This document shows positions 7,552 through 17,618 of a stretch of 64,000 bases of DNA, piece after piece. Position 1 is the first letter of the stretch, and every line of letters starts with the position of its first letter. Location: the IMG/VR virus record IMGVR_UViG_3300028883_000047, positions 11,681 through 75,680 of that record. One strand, given 5' to 3'. The notes under the pieces were generated by a model. That model worked only from the letters and a program-made list of their open reading frames with translations. It was not told the DNA's origin and did not search any database. The position numbers and the translations under genes were made by a program. Source of the stretch: a virus. Taxonomy: Duplodnaviria > Heunggongvirae > Uroviricota > Caudoviricetes.

Positions 7552-9506
7552 TATAACATCCCTCTAAACTCATCAATGCCCATTACCTTAACCCCAAGGT
7601 TACGAGCCTTTTTCATCTTGCCGCTGTTGCTGGTTGGGTTGGATGCAACAAGAATCGTAGTTTTGCTGCTGACGGAACTTTGCATGGCGGCACCGTTTGC
7701 CTCAGCAGCTGCCTGAAGCTCTTTATCACGAAAACCAGTAAACACAACTTTCTCACCAACCAACTTTCCGGTAGCCTCAACGGCGGCGCTATAATCGATA
7801 GTGATCAGCCCGTCGGTTTCGAGAGGATCGAGCCACTCAAGAAACTCACTCATGCCGTTTGCAACCTTGCGGGCAGTTTTCTCATCAAATCCTTCAACGT
7901 CGACGAAGTTGTCAGCGTTGCCAAGGAACACAACTTCGTACCCGACCGCGTCGATCAACTTCTTCATTTTCCGCTTGCCGATGCCGCGACCGAAGAAGTG
8001 CGTGGAACCCATCAGCTTCCACAGCGGAATGTTTGTCAGTGCTTTTTTCAGACCGGCGTAAACTTTCTTTCCGTTCTCGCCGAGAATGCTCACCAACTGT
8101 CGTTCAGACAGACGAATAATATCAGACTCAACGAACCCCTTGTATCCATGCAGGGTGGTGATGTTGCCCTTCTTCAAGAACGGAGCTTCGATTGACGCGA
8201 AGAAATCTACCATCTGGTTAATGACAACATCTTCGTGGCCATGATGATTGACCAGCACCGCGTCAACATCAGTTTCATTCCACTCCCAGTCTTGAGCAGG
8301 CTCCTGCCAACAGTCAGCTGGTTGGATAACTTTCTGGATGTACGGAATAACATCACCCGACCGTGTGATTTGAACAATCGCACCAGGACCGATCGTGTTA
8401 TCGTGAATGAACTTTGCATTGAACCCAGTTGCATTCGACACCGTGACGCCAACGAGCTCGACCGGTTCGATCTGGACACGAGGTTTGAGGTACCCATGTT
8501 TGCTTGCATTATATTCAACGTTGACTACGCGAGCGGTAGCAACGTTAGACGCGTCAGCAACTTTGTACTTAATCGCATATGCAGGATTGAGTGTGTCGCG
8601 AGTTGGATTCATCTGATCGCGCTTTGCAGCAAGATTGACATCAATAACGAGACCATCGATCTCATACGACGTAACAGCGCGACGAGCATTCAAATGATTC
8701 GCCAGAGTAGCGTCGGTCATTTCCTTGCCCATCATTGAGGTCCAATATGGAACCTCAAAACCGAGGTCTTCAAGCTCGCGGAGCATCCGAACCTTATCGA
8801 TACCCTCGTAGCCGAGGATATCATATGCAATGAATTTGATGTTCGAGAAGATCAGGTTAACATACGATCTGTGAATTTTTGCGTTCATCAGACCGGCCGT
8901 CATGTTGCGGGCGTTCTTATATGGCCGCCCGCTTTGCGACATCACTTTCTCTTGAACTTTCTTAAAGCCTTCTTCATTGAAGATGACTTCGCCGCGGATG
9001 ACCATCGCCCTGCCGACGTTGATAGGAATACTTTTGAACAGGCGGATGTGACGTGTGATGTCAGCGCCCTCAACACCATTGCCTCGAGAGTATGCAATCT
9101 GGAGGTTGCCGTCTTCGTCGAAAATAACCATCGCAGATGTTCCATCGAGCTTGTCAGTAACGATCATTCCCTGTTCTTGAAGGTTCCAGTTACCAACCCA
9201 GTCACCAATCTCACCGATCTCGACCTGATCGAGAGAACCCATCTGATAAGGAAGTTTGACCTTACCGCCACGGACGTCTGATCCGACACCAATGAAGTAA
9301 ACGTGGTGAGGAGCGATACGGTTGGCATATGACCGAATGCTGTCGTATTGCGGATCGGTGATGAAAGACTCATCCTCGTTGTAGTACATGTGGTCAGCCA
9401 GCTTCAGCAGATTTACCAGCTCGGCAATATCATATGCGTCGAGGTTGCCGTTTTCGATCATGTCGAACGCCATTTCGGCAGCTTTTCCAATGGTTAGTTT
9501 AGTCAT
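7551..9506 (-). CDS. ligA: NAD+-dependent DNA ligase (LigA family)
   Basis: 651 aa; adenylation motif KLDGTSAM (KxDG), LigA-type length and C-terminal domain. Confidence 0.8.
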   Translation of the reverse strand: MTKLTIGKAAEMAFDMIENGNLDAYDIAELVNLLKLADHMYYNEDESFITDPQYDSIRSYANRIAPHHVYFIGVGSDVRGGKVKLPYQMGSLDQVEIGEIGDWVGNWNLQEQGMIVTDKLDGTSAMVIFDEDGNLQIAYSRGNGVEGADITRHIRLFKSIPINVGRAMVIRGEVIFNEEGFKKVQEKVMSQSGRPYKNARNMTAGLMNAKIHRSYVNLIFSNIKFIAYDILGYEGIDKVRMLRELEDLGFEVPYWTSMMGKEMTDATLANHLNARRAVTSYEIDGLVIDVNLAAKRDQMNPTRDTLNPAYAIKYKVADASNVATARVVNVEYNASKHGYLKPRVQIEPVELVGVTVSNATGFNAKFIHDNTIGPGAIVQITRSGDVIPYIQKVIQPADCWQEPAQDWEWNETDVDAVLVNHHGHEDVVINQMVDFFASIEAPFLKKGNITTLHGYKGFVESDIIRLSERQLVSILGENGKKVYAGLKKALTNIPLWKLMGSTHFFGRGIGKRKMKKLIDAVGYEVVFLGNADNFVDVEGFDEKTARKVANGMSEFLEWLDPLETDGLITIDYSAAVEATGKLVGEKVVFTGFRDKELQAAAEANGAAMQSSVSSKTTILVASNPTSNSGKMKKARNLGVKVMGIDEFRGML

Positions 9507-9570
9507 TGATTCTCTCCAGATTTGATAGAATAATTATCTCATCTTTTAGGGTCAAGGTCAACGATTAAAC

Positions 9571-10266
9571 TCACTCATACTGAGGAATTTCCCCATACAC
9601 CGTTTCCAGCTTTTGGCGGAGAAGAGTGATATGAATTCCACGTTCGCGGTACGGATTTCCGAATAGGCCCATAAGGACGCCCGTAATATTCGATACCGGC
9701 GGAGCGAGTGTAGTGGTCGGCTTCTGAACTACGACATGGCCATCTTCAACGACAAATTCAACAACAGGAACCCCACCTTCCGATGTCTCGGCGTTATACA
9801 GATGAGAGCGGAGATTGAGGAAGGGAAATGCTTCTGCAATCTTAGCCCAATCTTCGGCAACGTCCTCGACATCGGGCCACTTTCCGATATTGAATGAGTT
9901 ACAGAAGATGTTACCATCCCAATCACACCAACCATGAGGGCCACCAATGAACGCCGATACGATTCTGGAGTTGTTCAGGTAATGGAGATCAATCTTTCCG
10001 AGGCGGGTGCGAAGCTCAGTTACCTTAGCCCAACGGTCATTGAAGTCTTCGCCATCGTCATCATATGGCAGTCCGAACAAATCACACAGCTCCTGTTCGA
10101 ACCCTTTGTCATTCGACGCATACCGAAAGCTCGGCAGGGTCGAATCTGTTTTGATGCAGATTTCAGCAGCCTGCTCTTCGGTAATCCTTTCGCCAGTAAC
10201 AACAAACGCTGGCCACTTAGGTAGGCTAGTGTTCTTTACGTCGTCTTTGTATTCAATGTTGTTCAT
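9571..10266 (-). CDS. hypothetical protein (231 aa)
   Basis: ORF in array. Confidence 0.45.
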   Translation of the reverse strand: MNNIEYKDDVKNTSLPKWPAFVVTGERITEEQAAEICIKTDSTLPSFRYASNDKGFEQELCDLFGLPYDDDGEDFNDRWAKVTELRTRLGKIDLHYLNNSRIVSAFIGGPHGWCDWDGNIFCNSFNIGKWPDVEDVAEDWAKIAEAFPFLNLRSHLYNAETSEGGVPVVEFVVEDGHVVVQKPTTTLAPPVSNITGVLMGLFGNPYRERGIHITLLRQKLETVYGEIPQYE

Positions 10267-10576
10267 TTTCTTCTACCACTTCTTTGTGCGTCTTAGCGAA
10301 CGCTTCGATCATTCCAGGAACCCATGCTTCGTGTAGGACGCCAGCAAACCACCAGTGACCATCATCGCCCTGAGCGTACTCGATCCATTTCGGATTTTCG
10401 AGTGACTGGTAAACTGCGAATACTCCATCTTCGCCTCCGACTACCCAAGCGTCCACCTCATATGACTCGGGGTCGATATCTACACCATTAGCATCTCTGC
10501 CTTTTGGGTGGAGAATAGAACCACCAGAATGGTAGTTGTGAACAGTAATCCGCATTTTTTCTGCGTATGATTTCAT
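10253..10576 (-). CDS. hypothetical protein (107 aa)
   Basis: ORF in array. Confidence 0.4.
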   Translation of the reverse strand: MKSYAEKMRITVHNYHSGGSILHPKGRDANGVDIDPESYEVDAWVVGGEDGVFAVYQSLENPKWIEYAQGDDGHWWFAGVLHEAWVPGMIEAFAKTHKEVVEENEQH

Positions 10577-10980
10577 GTCTGCACTTCTCCGTAGTATCTG
10601 TACCAGTTAGGACGTTGGGAAATTCTCAGAGCTATCCGTTCGCGAACAATACTCTTGTCACGGTCATTAGGCTCCCAATCATTATACAAGTGCTCGGGCC
10701 ACTTTTCAATCGGGAATTCGAGATCGGCACTGATCCCACGGCGTTGCATCTCTTCGCGAATAGCATTGTACCGTTCGTGAAGATACTTCCCTTTGTTGTA
10801 GAAGAAGTACACGTGCCCGCTGTTCAGAGTGAATTGAGTTGGAACTTTCTTTTCCTGAAACCCGTTTTTACTATTCAGGGTTCGTTGGAGGTTAGCACAC
10901 AACAACCGGATTTCACGATACTCAGCGAGAAGGTGTTGATCCATCAACTCAGAGGGTTCAACGATATTAATTCGCGTCAT
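10573..10980 (-). CDS. denV: endonuclease V (pyrimidine-dimer DNA glycosylase, T4 DenV-like)
   Basis: MTRINIVEPSELMDQHLLAEYREI..RPNWYRYYGE closely parallels T4 DenV N/C termini, 135 aa. Confidence 0.8.
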   Translation of the reverse strand: MTRINIVEPSELMDQHLLAEYREIRLLCANLQRTLNSKNGFQEKKVPTQFTLNSGHVYFFYNKGKYLHERYNAIREEMQRRGISADLEFPIEKWPEHLYNDWEPNDRDKSIVRERIALRISQRPNWYRYYGEVQT

Positions 10981-11201
10981 CGTTTACCTTTCGTTACCTT
11001 ATCGATAGCATCCCATATTGCTTGACGATATTCCATACCGATGGTCATTCGCGCCGACCAGTCAGCGATATCCACGGGAGCACCGAGTTCAACTTTATTG
11101 ACGCCCTTTACCATGCGGATAGCGTTAACAATGTATTCAACATCATCGACTCGATAGTCATCATCGAGTTGGATCGTCAGTGTTCGTACACGATCAGTCA
11201 T
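10977..11201 (-). CDS. hypothetical protein (74 aa)
   Basis: ORF. Confidence 0.35.
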   Translation of the reverse strand: MTDRVRTLTIQLDDDYRVDDVEYIVNAIRMVKGVNKVELGAPVDIADWSARMTIGMEYRQAIWDAIDKVTKGKR

Positions 11202-11551
11202 AAGGCCTCCTGAAACCGTTTGAACTTCGTCTGGAAATGCTGTTCCCGGTTGTATGCATCGATCAGCATCATCAAGTCAATTATTTGAGCATAGTCGAGG
11301 TTGATGGTTTCCGATATGCCGTCCTCATGATGCTTTGCGGTAACTTGAACACCATCACCATGATCAACGAGAACCATGTCGACGGGGTTACTGAGAGCTT
11401 TTGCAGTCCACTGAGAATCCTTATCCCACGGACCGATCACATAACGGTGAGGATCATCCCGACGAGGGGTATGATCAACATGGAGTTCCATGCGATGCAT
11501 GCTATATGTTCCATCACCAGGCTCATTGAGGTAAATTATTTCGTTTGACAT
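11198..11551 (-). CDS. hypothetical protein (117 aa)
   Basis: ORF. Confidence 0.4.
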   Translation of the reverse strand: MSNEIIYLNEPGDGTYSMHRMELHVDHTPRRDDPHRYVIGPWDKDSQWTAKALSNPVDMVLVDHGDGVQVTAKHHEDGISETINLDYAQIIDLMMLIDAYNREQHFQTKFKRFQEAL

Positions 11552-12003
11552 TTGTCGTCCTCGTGTCGGTTGCGGTACTTCATCGTGGTCGTATCAAGCA
11601 CCAAATTAACGATTGGGTTCTTAAAGTAATCGAAGTAGCTCGTTGCTTTACCGAACGAACTCCATTCCTTGATGAACTTTTGAGCGTCAGGATGACGGAT
11701 GAACCATATTGTCAGGTTATAACTCTGAACAGTGCGATACTCATCGTTTCCTATAGCCCACCCAGGCGATCCATCCTTTGCAGGCTTAATATTTTCGTTA
11801 AGCCATTCGATGACCTCAGGTTTCAACATAGGGCACTCAACCAGCGAGTGTGCTGCTATCTTCTCCTCAGTATCATACATCTCGGGATACTGTTCAGAAA
11901 GCCGCTTGATTGTGTCCATTCGTTCCTGACTAGGGACTCTCGTCATCTCTATCAGAGAGTCCCAGTCGTCAGCATCGTACTCGAGTTTGTTGATGTCAAC
12001 CAT
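11536..12003 (-). CDS. hypothetical protein (~156 aa)
   Basis: ORF; start moved to internal Met (MVDINK) to avoid overlap with 12059-12304. Confidence 0.35.
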   Translation of the reverse strand: MVDINKLEYDADDWDSLIEMTRVPSQERMDTIKRLSEQYPEMYDTEEKIAAHSLVECPMLKPEVIEWLNENIKPAKDGSPGWAIGNDEYRTVQSYNLTIWFIRHPDAQKFIKEWSSFGKATSYFDYFKNPIVNLVLDTTTMKYRNRHEDDKCQTK

Positions 12004-12058
12004 GTTCCTCGAATCGAACGTTCCGTCGTCATGATTAGAAGCAGAACACCAGCAGTGG

Positions 12059-12304
12059 TTAATGTGGTGATGCATTTGCTCGTTCCGGGTTATGGTTACG
12101 TACCGCCTCTTCCGAGGTCCGGTACAACAATTCTGGATTACAGAACCACTCACGCCGAAGTCCTGCTTGAACATTACCAGAGAATCCAACCGGCTGATCA
12201 AACACCACGTAAGCAGTTTGAGGATAGCCGGTTTGTTCTTCTCCTATCAACGTTCCAGGAACGTGCGGATTAGCCACATGATAAATGGTTTCGCCATTAT
12301 TCAT
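12059..12304 (-). CDS. hypothetical protein (81 aa)
   Basis: ORF. Confidence 0.35.
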   Translation of the reverse strand: MNNGETIYHVANPHVPGTLIGEEQTGYPQTAYVVFDQPVGFSGNVQAGLRREWFCNPELLYRTSEEAVRNHNPERANASPH

Positions 12305-13439
12305 CTTCCTTCTCCAAATCTTTTAGGCCGAGCTGCTTCCACTTAGACTTCAAGAAGTCTTTGTAGCTGAATTCCTTTCCGGCATACTTGTTCATGGCTA
12401 GCCCAAAGAACATTGTGCCGTTCAATTCTTCCTGGCCGAGGATAGCATACTCTTTACGTTCCAGATGCTTATTGCGCTCATAGAAACGCTCAACAGTATC
12501 AACCATATGGTTGTACTTCTCCTCAACGAATTCTTCCATTTCCGCGATCGTCTGCAATGCAAGAGGATCGTCATGAAACAGAGTCTTCATGTCGTCAGTA
12601 GCTTCTTCCAGCACAGCTTCAAACAAACGACGAGGTGAGTTGATATTATCCTTCGTATGATGCAATGCCAAATACCAAGTCGTTTTGATCTTTACGCGCT
12701 GGCCAGAAGTCAGACGAACCACAAAACCTTCGATGTTCTGCATGTCTGGAATAGACGCAACGAACTTCGCCGGATCGTCGACATTGAACCGTTCAGTCCA
12801 TCGAGCTTGTACTTCCGGATACGCAGAGCCGAACTCGTCCTTATCAAGGTATGAGCCATCGACGATGTAACGGATATTCAGCACCCGCAGCTCTGGCTTT
12901 TCATAGCCAAGAACAATACGGTTGTGTGGAGCAACCCACTCCATATTCACGGTGTATCCGTGCCCGGTCAGGTCAGCGAGCTCGCGGAAGAACGCATCAT
13001 ATACAGCATTCATCATCAGCCACTTTTCAGCATCAACTGCCTGGTCGCTCGACAGAGAGCCCTTAGTCTTTAACCGCAGTGCTCCGTTGGAATCCATATA
13101 TGTAGAGATCAAGGATCCATCAGCCTTATCTTCGATCAGGTCGATCTCAGACAGGTCAAGCTCCATCGTAAACGGATTCTCGTACAGGTTGAAGAACTTT
13201 TCAGGAGGCAAAGCAGCCAATCGCACAGGTACCGCATCCTTACCTTCCTCAGTGATCTCGAACATATGTCCACGACACTCGAGAGCACTCGGCTTACAGA
13301 ACTCAGTGTATGAGGCCAGACGGTAGTTGAAGATACGATACCACGCTCCATTCAACTCCTGGTCGGCATAGTAGAACGCTTCACTCTCGTCGGCGAGAGT
13401 CATCAAGTCATTCCACAGCTGTCGTTGAAAATCGTTCAT
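12297..13439 (-). CDS. rnlA: RNA ligase 1 (T4 Rnl1 / gene 63-like)
   Basis: Strong similarity to T4 Rnl1: ALECRGHMFE, KFFNLYENPFTM, KADGSLISTY nucleotidyl-transferase lysine motif; 380 aa. Confidence 0.85.
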   Translation of the reverse strand: MNDFQRQLWNDLMTLADESEAFYYADQELNGAWYRIFNYRLASYTEFCKPSALECRGHMFEITEEGKDAVPVRLAALPPEKFFNLYENPFTMELDLSEIDLIEDKADGSLISTYMDSNGALRLKTKGSLSSDQAVDAEKWLMMNAVYDAFFRELADLTGHGYTVNMEWVAPHNRIVLGYEKPELRVLNIRYIVDGSYLDKDEFGSAYPEVQARWTERFNVDDPAKFVASIPDMQNIEGFVVRLTSGQRVKIKTTWYLALHHTKDNINSPRRLFEAVLEEATDDMKTLFHDDPLALQTIAEMEEFVEEKYNHMVDTVERFYERNKHLERKEYAILGQEELNGTMFFGLAMNKYAGKEFSYKDFLKSKWKQLGLKDLEKEDE

Positions 13440-13464
13440 TGTTTCTCCACACGAAAAAGCTCAG

Positions 13465-13968
13465 TTAAATTTTGGGTACTATACTGGAAACCATGAATAA
13501 TTTCAACTCACAGTATTCCCTGACTTTGTTGAATTCCTGAATAACGAATCGTTTGACCATCCGCCACACGTCGTCTGCAGCAACCTCGGTTTTGCGAGCA
13601 AATTCTTTACGATGACTGCTAAGCATCGCGTTCGTTAATTGGTTCTTGTTTTTCTTCCTCGTGCGCTTGAGCAGGCTTTGCCATTCAGGTTCATTACGAA
13701 CGATCATAAAGTCTTCATGGGGAAGGTTCCCACGAGCGGTGTTGCATGCGGAACACGAACAGGTCAGATTATCGGCCGTGTTCGTTCCGCCTTTTGATTT
13801 CGGAACAATGTGTTCCACCGATGCCATTTTTCCTGATCGACCAGGCTGGTGGATGGTAGGAACCCACATGCGATTTCCGCAATACACGCAACGGCCGTCT
13901 ACCTTCTTCCACAGCGCATGCAGTTTACGAATAGTTTTTGGATTTGTTGGAATTGGTCTTGAGTTCAT
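13465..13968 (-). CDS. HNH endonuclease
   Basis: CVYCGN..HIVPKSKGGTNTADNLTCSCSACNTARGN HNH motif. Confidence 0.7.
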   Translation of the reverse strand: MNSRPIPTNPKTIRKLHALWKKVDGRCVYCGNRMWVPTIHQPGRSGKMASVEHIVPKSKGGTNTADNLTCSCSACNTARGNLPHEDFMIVRNEPEWQSLLKRTRKKNKNQLTNAMLSSHRKEFARKTEVAADDVWRMVKRFVIQEFNKVREYCELKLFMVSSIVPKI

Positions 13969-14020
13969 AATAGTTCCCCACGTGCGATGAGGAACTATTA
14001 TACGGATTTGACCCTAAAAG

Positions 14021-14752
14021 TCAATAGGGTTCGACGAATCTTTCTTCAGTAATCGCATCAATCATCGTCATCGTTTTGCTACGCCAAGTGTCAATAAACC
14101 AGACGTCGCCGACTTTTAATGCACGTTGAACAGGAGTATGACCGCAGAAATTCAACCGATACCGTTCCGGATGGAACTCGATGCCATGCCCAGCTGGACG
14201 CATGTTAGCAACGTTCTTAGCCGCTTCAGTAACTAAATTCCTAGCCCATACAAGCCTAGCGAATCCCGGATCATTATGATTGATCGCCTCTCCTAGAACT
14301 TTTCTGAAATATGCATCAGGCCAACCCGCTGGCATCTCAGCGTGGACGATTCGGAATGCGTGTTCTTCTCCATCTTCGCCTACCTCAATAACCCACGGCA
14401 GGTCACGAATACGATCTCGCAGCCAGTTATAATCCAGGCCGTATCTTTCGAGGTCATCAAGACACTGAGTTCCTCCGTTGGCTACCCACGTGTCCCACCA
14501 ATCATTGTCGAGGGCCATCAGTTCATGATTGCCTTTGATTGCGTAACGTCGTCCACCTTGAAAGAAATCGAGAACTTTGTAGCTATCAGGGCCACGATCA
14601 ATCATATCACCAACAGTGTATACAACATCTTTCGTTGGGTCGTAGTTCGCTTTTTCCAGCAGGCGCTGGAATATCTCGTAGCGACCGTGAATGTCGCCCA
14701 CGATCAAATGACGGTCATCGTCAAGATCGAGCTTGAGGGTATGATTTAGCAT
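14021..14752 (-). CDS. PPP-family Ser/Thr phosphatase / metallophosphoesterase (lambda-phosphatase-like)
   Basis: GDIHGRYE, GDMIDRG, GNHE metallophosphatase motifs. Confidence 0.75.
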   Translation of the reverse strand: MLNHTLKLDLDDDRHLIVGDIHGRYEIFQRLLEKANYDPTKDVVYTVGDMIDRGPDSYKVLDFFQGGRRYAIKGNHELMALDNDWWDTWVANGGTQCLDDLERYGLDYNWLRDRIRDLPWVIEVGEDGEEHAFRIVHAEMPAGWPDAYFRKVLGEAINHNDPGFARLVWARNLVTEAAKNVANMRPAGHGIEFHPERYRLNFCGHTPVQRALKVGDVWFIDTWRSKTMTMIDAITEERFVEPY

Positions 14753-14770
14753 TCGGAAATTCTACTGGAG

Positions 14771-15361
14771 TTATTCGGTAGGTTCAACGACAACCGTGGT
14801 ACGGTGTTTAATGCCCCACTTGGAAAATGCGAGCTTTCGGTTACTTCCTTCGGTGATAACCTTAACATCAACATTAGTAAAGGTTCTTGCCAGTTGGTTA
14901 GTAACGGAATCAATGGAATCGCCTTCGGTGATGTATGTGTCACCATCAACGTGAACGCGGAATTGGCTTTTTGGTTGACGAGCTTCGTGGAAGATGTGAG
15001 AGCTCATTCGCCAGTCATCCTTCATGCCACGATTTTTCGCAAGCTGTTGAACCGCATACTGCAGATTCTCTTCATATTGCTTCCATGCAGCATCCATGTC
15101 AGGTGTCGGACGCTGAGCGCCTTCAACTTCATATGCTTTGTGAACGAGTTCTAAAGCATTGGCCCACTTCTGTTTGAGGTCTTGGGCTCCCTTGCGGATA
15201 TTGGACTTGATAGCTGTTAGCACATCTTGAGGAAGACGTGACAGATCAGAGCTTTCATTTGCCATAATTAGGTCTTTAAGCAATTTCATCTTCTCTTTCC
15301 AGTTCTTCAGCCAATGCCATGCGGTGATATCTTTCAGCCTTTTCAGACTCACCCCGATCAA
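14771..15361 (-). CDS. hypothetical protein (start uncertain)
   Basis: ORF; N-terminal part overlaps 15276-15500 ORF. Confidence 0.4.
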   Translation of the reverse strand: MIGVSLKRLKDITAWHWLKNWKEKMKLLKDLIMANESSDLSRLPQDVLTAIKSNIRKGAQDLKQKWANALELVHKAYEVEGAQRPTPDMDAAWKQYEENLQYAVQQLAKNRGMKDDWRMSSHIFHEARQPKSQFRVHVDGDTYITEGDSIDSVTNQLARTFTNVDVKVITEGSNRKLAFSKWGIKHRTTVVVEPTE

Positions 15362-15500
15362 GCGCTCGCTCTGCCTGTGATAGTAGAGCTAGGAGTTCTC
15401 GAACTCGAGGGCTACCAGCTTTACGGTATTCCTCAATCTTTTGTTCAATGTCAGGGAACCGAGTTCCCTCAGACAAGTACTCTATAAATCTCATGACCAC
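15276..15500 (-). CDS. hypothetical small protein (74 aa)
   Basis: ORF. Confidence 0.3.
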   Translation of the reverse strand: MVMRFIEYLSEGTRFPDIEQKIEEYRKAGSPRVRELLALLSQAERALDRGESEKAERYHRMALAEELEREDEIA

Positions 15501-15874
15501 TTTCTTTTCAGAATCCAGGTCTTTCCACCGCCCTCAAATTTAATACGATGCAGCTTAAATTTGCCTTCCTTTTGAAGAGCATCAGCGATTGAGGTCATCA
15601 TTTTCTTCTCGTAAGCTGTTTTTGCATGCAGCTTAACTGTATTTCGCTGATTGTTTTTGTACTGCTTGAGAGCTGATACAGCCAGGACGGCAGCGCCTGT
15701 GACTAGACCTGGGTTTGCTTTAAAGAAATCTTTTGCGCCGCCAATCATAGCATTAACCTTTCCGCCCTTGTGCTGCAAGCCCAACGTACGGATAGATTCC
15801 TCGAGTGCTTCCATCAACGGAAGTGCATCGATTTCTTCTTGTTCAGATTCAACGAGTTCGCGTAGTAGTTCCAT
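15491..15874 (-). CDS. hypothetical protein (127 aa)
   Basis: ORF; TATAAATA box lies just upstream. Confidence 0.4.
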   Translation of the reverse strand: MELLRELVESEQEEIDALPLMEALEESIRTLGLQHKGGKVNAMIGGAKDFFKANPGLVTGAAVLAVSALKQYKNNQRNTVKLHAKTAYEKKMMTSIADALQKEGKFKLHRIKFEGGGKTWILKRKWS

Positions 15875-15882
15875 AGTAACTG

Positions 15883-15890
15883 TATTTATA
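15883..15890 (-). promoter_or_regulatory. possible late promoter box TATAAATA (very close to start codon)
   Basis: Exact TATAAATA on minus strand 9 nt upstream of ATG of 15491-15874. Confidence 0.25.
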
Positions 15891-15903
15891 CAGTTGGTCA
15901 GAA

Positions 15904-16242
15904 CTACTCCTGTGGTTTATCGATTCCTAGCTGGAGACGTAATTCTTCGAGTGCTGAGCTAGTATCATCATATTGTTCAAGCCCAAGTTCAAGGCGTTGG
16001 ATGTACTGCTGCAGCATTTTGACAGTTGCCTTATACCGGATAGCTACTTCACCGTCTTTCATATCAGGCGTAATTGAATCGATTGGTAGGGAGTCGGGGC
16101 GGGCTAATTCATTGTAGTTTGGTGCAGGGCAGTATAGAACTGGACGGACAACCTCAACGGTTTCTGTTCGCAATTTCACAGGATTTGCGCCACAACCGGC
16201 CAGCAACGTAACCAAGATGCTTACTGAAATTATTTTGACCAT
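15904..16242 (-). CDS. o-spanin-like outer-membrane lipoprotein
   Basis: Lipobox LLAGC after signal peptide; small; overlaps upstream i-spanin-like gene. Confidence 0.55.
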   Translation of the reverse strand: MVKIISVSILVTLLAGCGANPVKLRTETVEVVRPVLYCPAPNYNELARPDSLPIDSITPDMKDGEVAIRYKATVKMLQQYIQRLELGLEQYDDTSSALEELRLQLGIDKPQE

Positions 16243-16784
16243 TTCAGTTCCCCTTTAGTTGCAGCTTCACGCAACAGTTTCATTGCACCTTCACACGTCT
16301 GTGGAATGGGGCCTTCAAGAATTAGCTGAACTTGCGTATCGCCTTGCTTTTTGAGTTCAATCAACTGAGCGCTGAGTTTGCCTTGGTCTGCTTGGAGTTT
16401 ATGAGACAATGCAGCCCACTTCTCCACTTGAGCATTCGTCGCCGCGATCTCGCCTTTCAGACGTTCGCGGCTCATATCACATTCAATTACTTGCTCTTGT
16501 GCTACCCGAACTTCGTCTTTAGCGTCACTCAACTGCTCCTCATAGTCCTGAACGAGGCCAGGAATCGTGCGAACACCGAACGGTCGTAGCAACTCAAACG
16601 TGACTGTGTTTTGGTATGCAATTACCGCAATAAGAATCCCAAACAGAGCAATTTTCCAATTTTTGAGCAGCGTAGTGACAATACCGCTAGCAGGACCAGC
16701 GATCAATCCAATGGGTATGAACCGAGAGCCAGTTGCGCCTGGCCCCATTTCACCCATTTTAGTCTTTTTGCGCAATCTCATCAT
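16230..16784 (-). CDS. i-spanin-like protein (TM + periplasmic coiled coil)
   Basis: Single TM then long coiled-coil region; gene overlap with lipoprotein ORF typical of Rz/Rz1 or T4 pseT.3/pseT.2 pairs. Confidence 0.55.
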   Translation of the reverse strand: MMRLRKKTKMGEMGPGATGSRFIPIGLIAGPASGIVTTLLKNWKIALFGILIAVIAYQNTVTFELLRPFGVRTIPGLVQDYEEQLSDAKDEVRVAQEQVIECDMSRERLKGEIAATNAQVEKWAALSHKLQADQGKLSAQLIELKKQGDTQVQLILEGPIPQTCEGAMKLLREAATKGELKWSK

Positions 16785-16790
16785 ATCAAA

Positions 16791-17075
16791 TTACTCAGAA
16801 ATCTTTTTGCGTAGAACATGCTCAGTCACTTTAACACGTTCGTTTAAAGTTCTATGAGCGCCTTGTGTGCGTTCAGCTAATACACCAATCTTGCGCACTT
16901 GTTGTTCAAGGCGTAACATTGCCTGCTTCAGAACGCGAATTTGTTCTTGCTGATGCACTATCTGCTTGTCTTGCTCTGCGAGCAATTCCAGAAGTTCTCG
17001 CTGGTTTTTTGGTTGTTTCATCCAGTTATTTAGGCAATTCGCACCGCGCTGTGGTTTGTTTTCCGTAGTTAACAA
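16791..17075 (-). CDS. hypothetical coiled-coil protein (94 aa)
   Basis: ORF. Confidence 0.4.
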   Translation of the reverse strand: MLTTENKPQRGANCLNNWMKQPKNQRELLELLAEQDKQIVHQQEQIRVLKQAMLRLEQQVRKIGVLAERTQGAHRTLNERVKVTEHVLRKKISE

Positions 17076-17295
17076 CCTTTACCACACCGGCGGCTGGATA
17101 CTTGTCAGCTAGCTCGCAAACAGATCGCGGATCTACATCATGTAATACGGCAATCGTTCCAGCGGTTCCGTTCCAGATGTAAGAGATGCCCTGTTCAAAC
17201 ATAGCATCCTGCATTTTGTCTTTGTCTGTTGCTTCAGGTGCAGCCATTGCAGTTGTCGTAGCAGCTACCATCAGCAAAGCGATTAAGTGTTTCAT
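17026..17295 (-). CDS. small secreted protein (signal peptide)
   Basis: MKHLIALLMVAATTTAMAAPEA signal peptide. Confidence 0.4.
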   Translation of the reverse strand: MKHLIALLMVAATTTAMAAPEATDKDKMQDAMFEQGISYIWNGTAGTIAVLHDVDPRSVCELADKYPAAGVVKVVNYGKQTTARCELPK

Positions 17296-17618
17296 TTTAA
17301 TTCCTCCACTAAACTTTCCATTATAAAATCACCTATATGCAATTGGAAATGCTCTTCTAGGTGTTGTTCGACTTCCTTTTCTGTGTAGCCGTATGTTTCG
17401 GCTATCACCTGTGCAGCTCGATCCAACTGGTCAAACTGTTCCTTAAATTCTTGATAGACATCTCCCCGAGCCATCATGCTCATTACCTTTTCCATCGGAT
17501 CACCCGGCAGTGCAGCAATTTGCTTGGCGAGCTTGTTGGAGAAGTACACGAAATTTTCGAGAGCTTGGTGGTACCCAGCTTCACTCATTCCGCTTGGGGT
17601 GGTGCCTTTTTCTTTCAT
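17292..17618 (-). CDS. hypothetical protein (108 aa)
   Basis: ORF. Confidence 0.4.
   Translation of the reverse strand: MKEKGTTPSGMSEAGYHQALENFVYFSNKLAKQIAALPGDPMEKVMSMMARGDVYQEFKEQFDQLDRAAQVIAETYGYTEKEVEQHLEEHFQLHIGDFIMESLVEELK

Noticed and set aside
15883-15890. Confident late promoter for 15491-15874
   Set aside because: The TATAAATA box is only 9 nt from the ATG, leaving no room for a leader/SD. Kept at low confidence.
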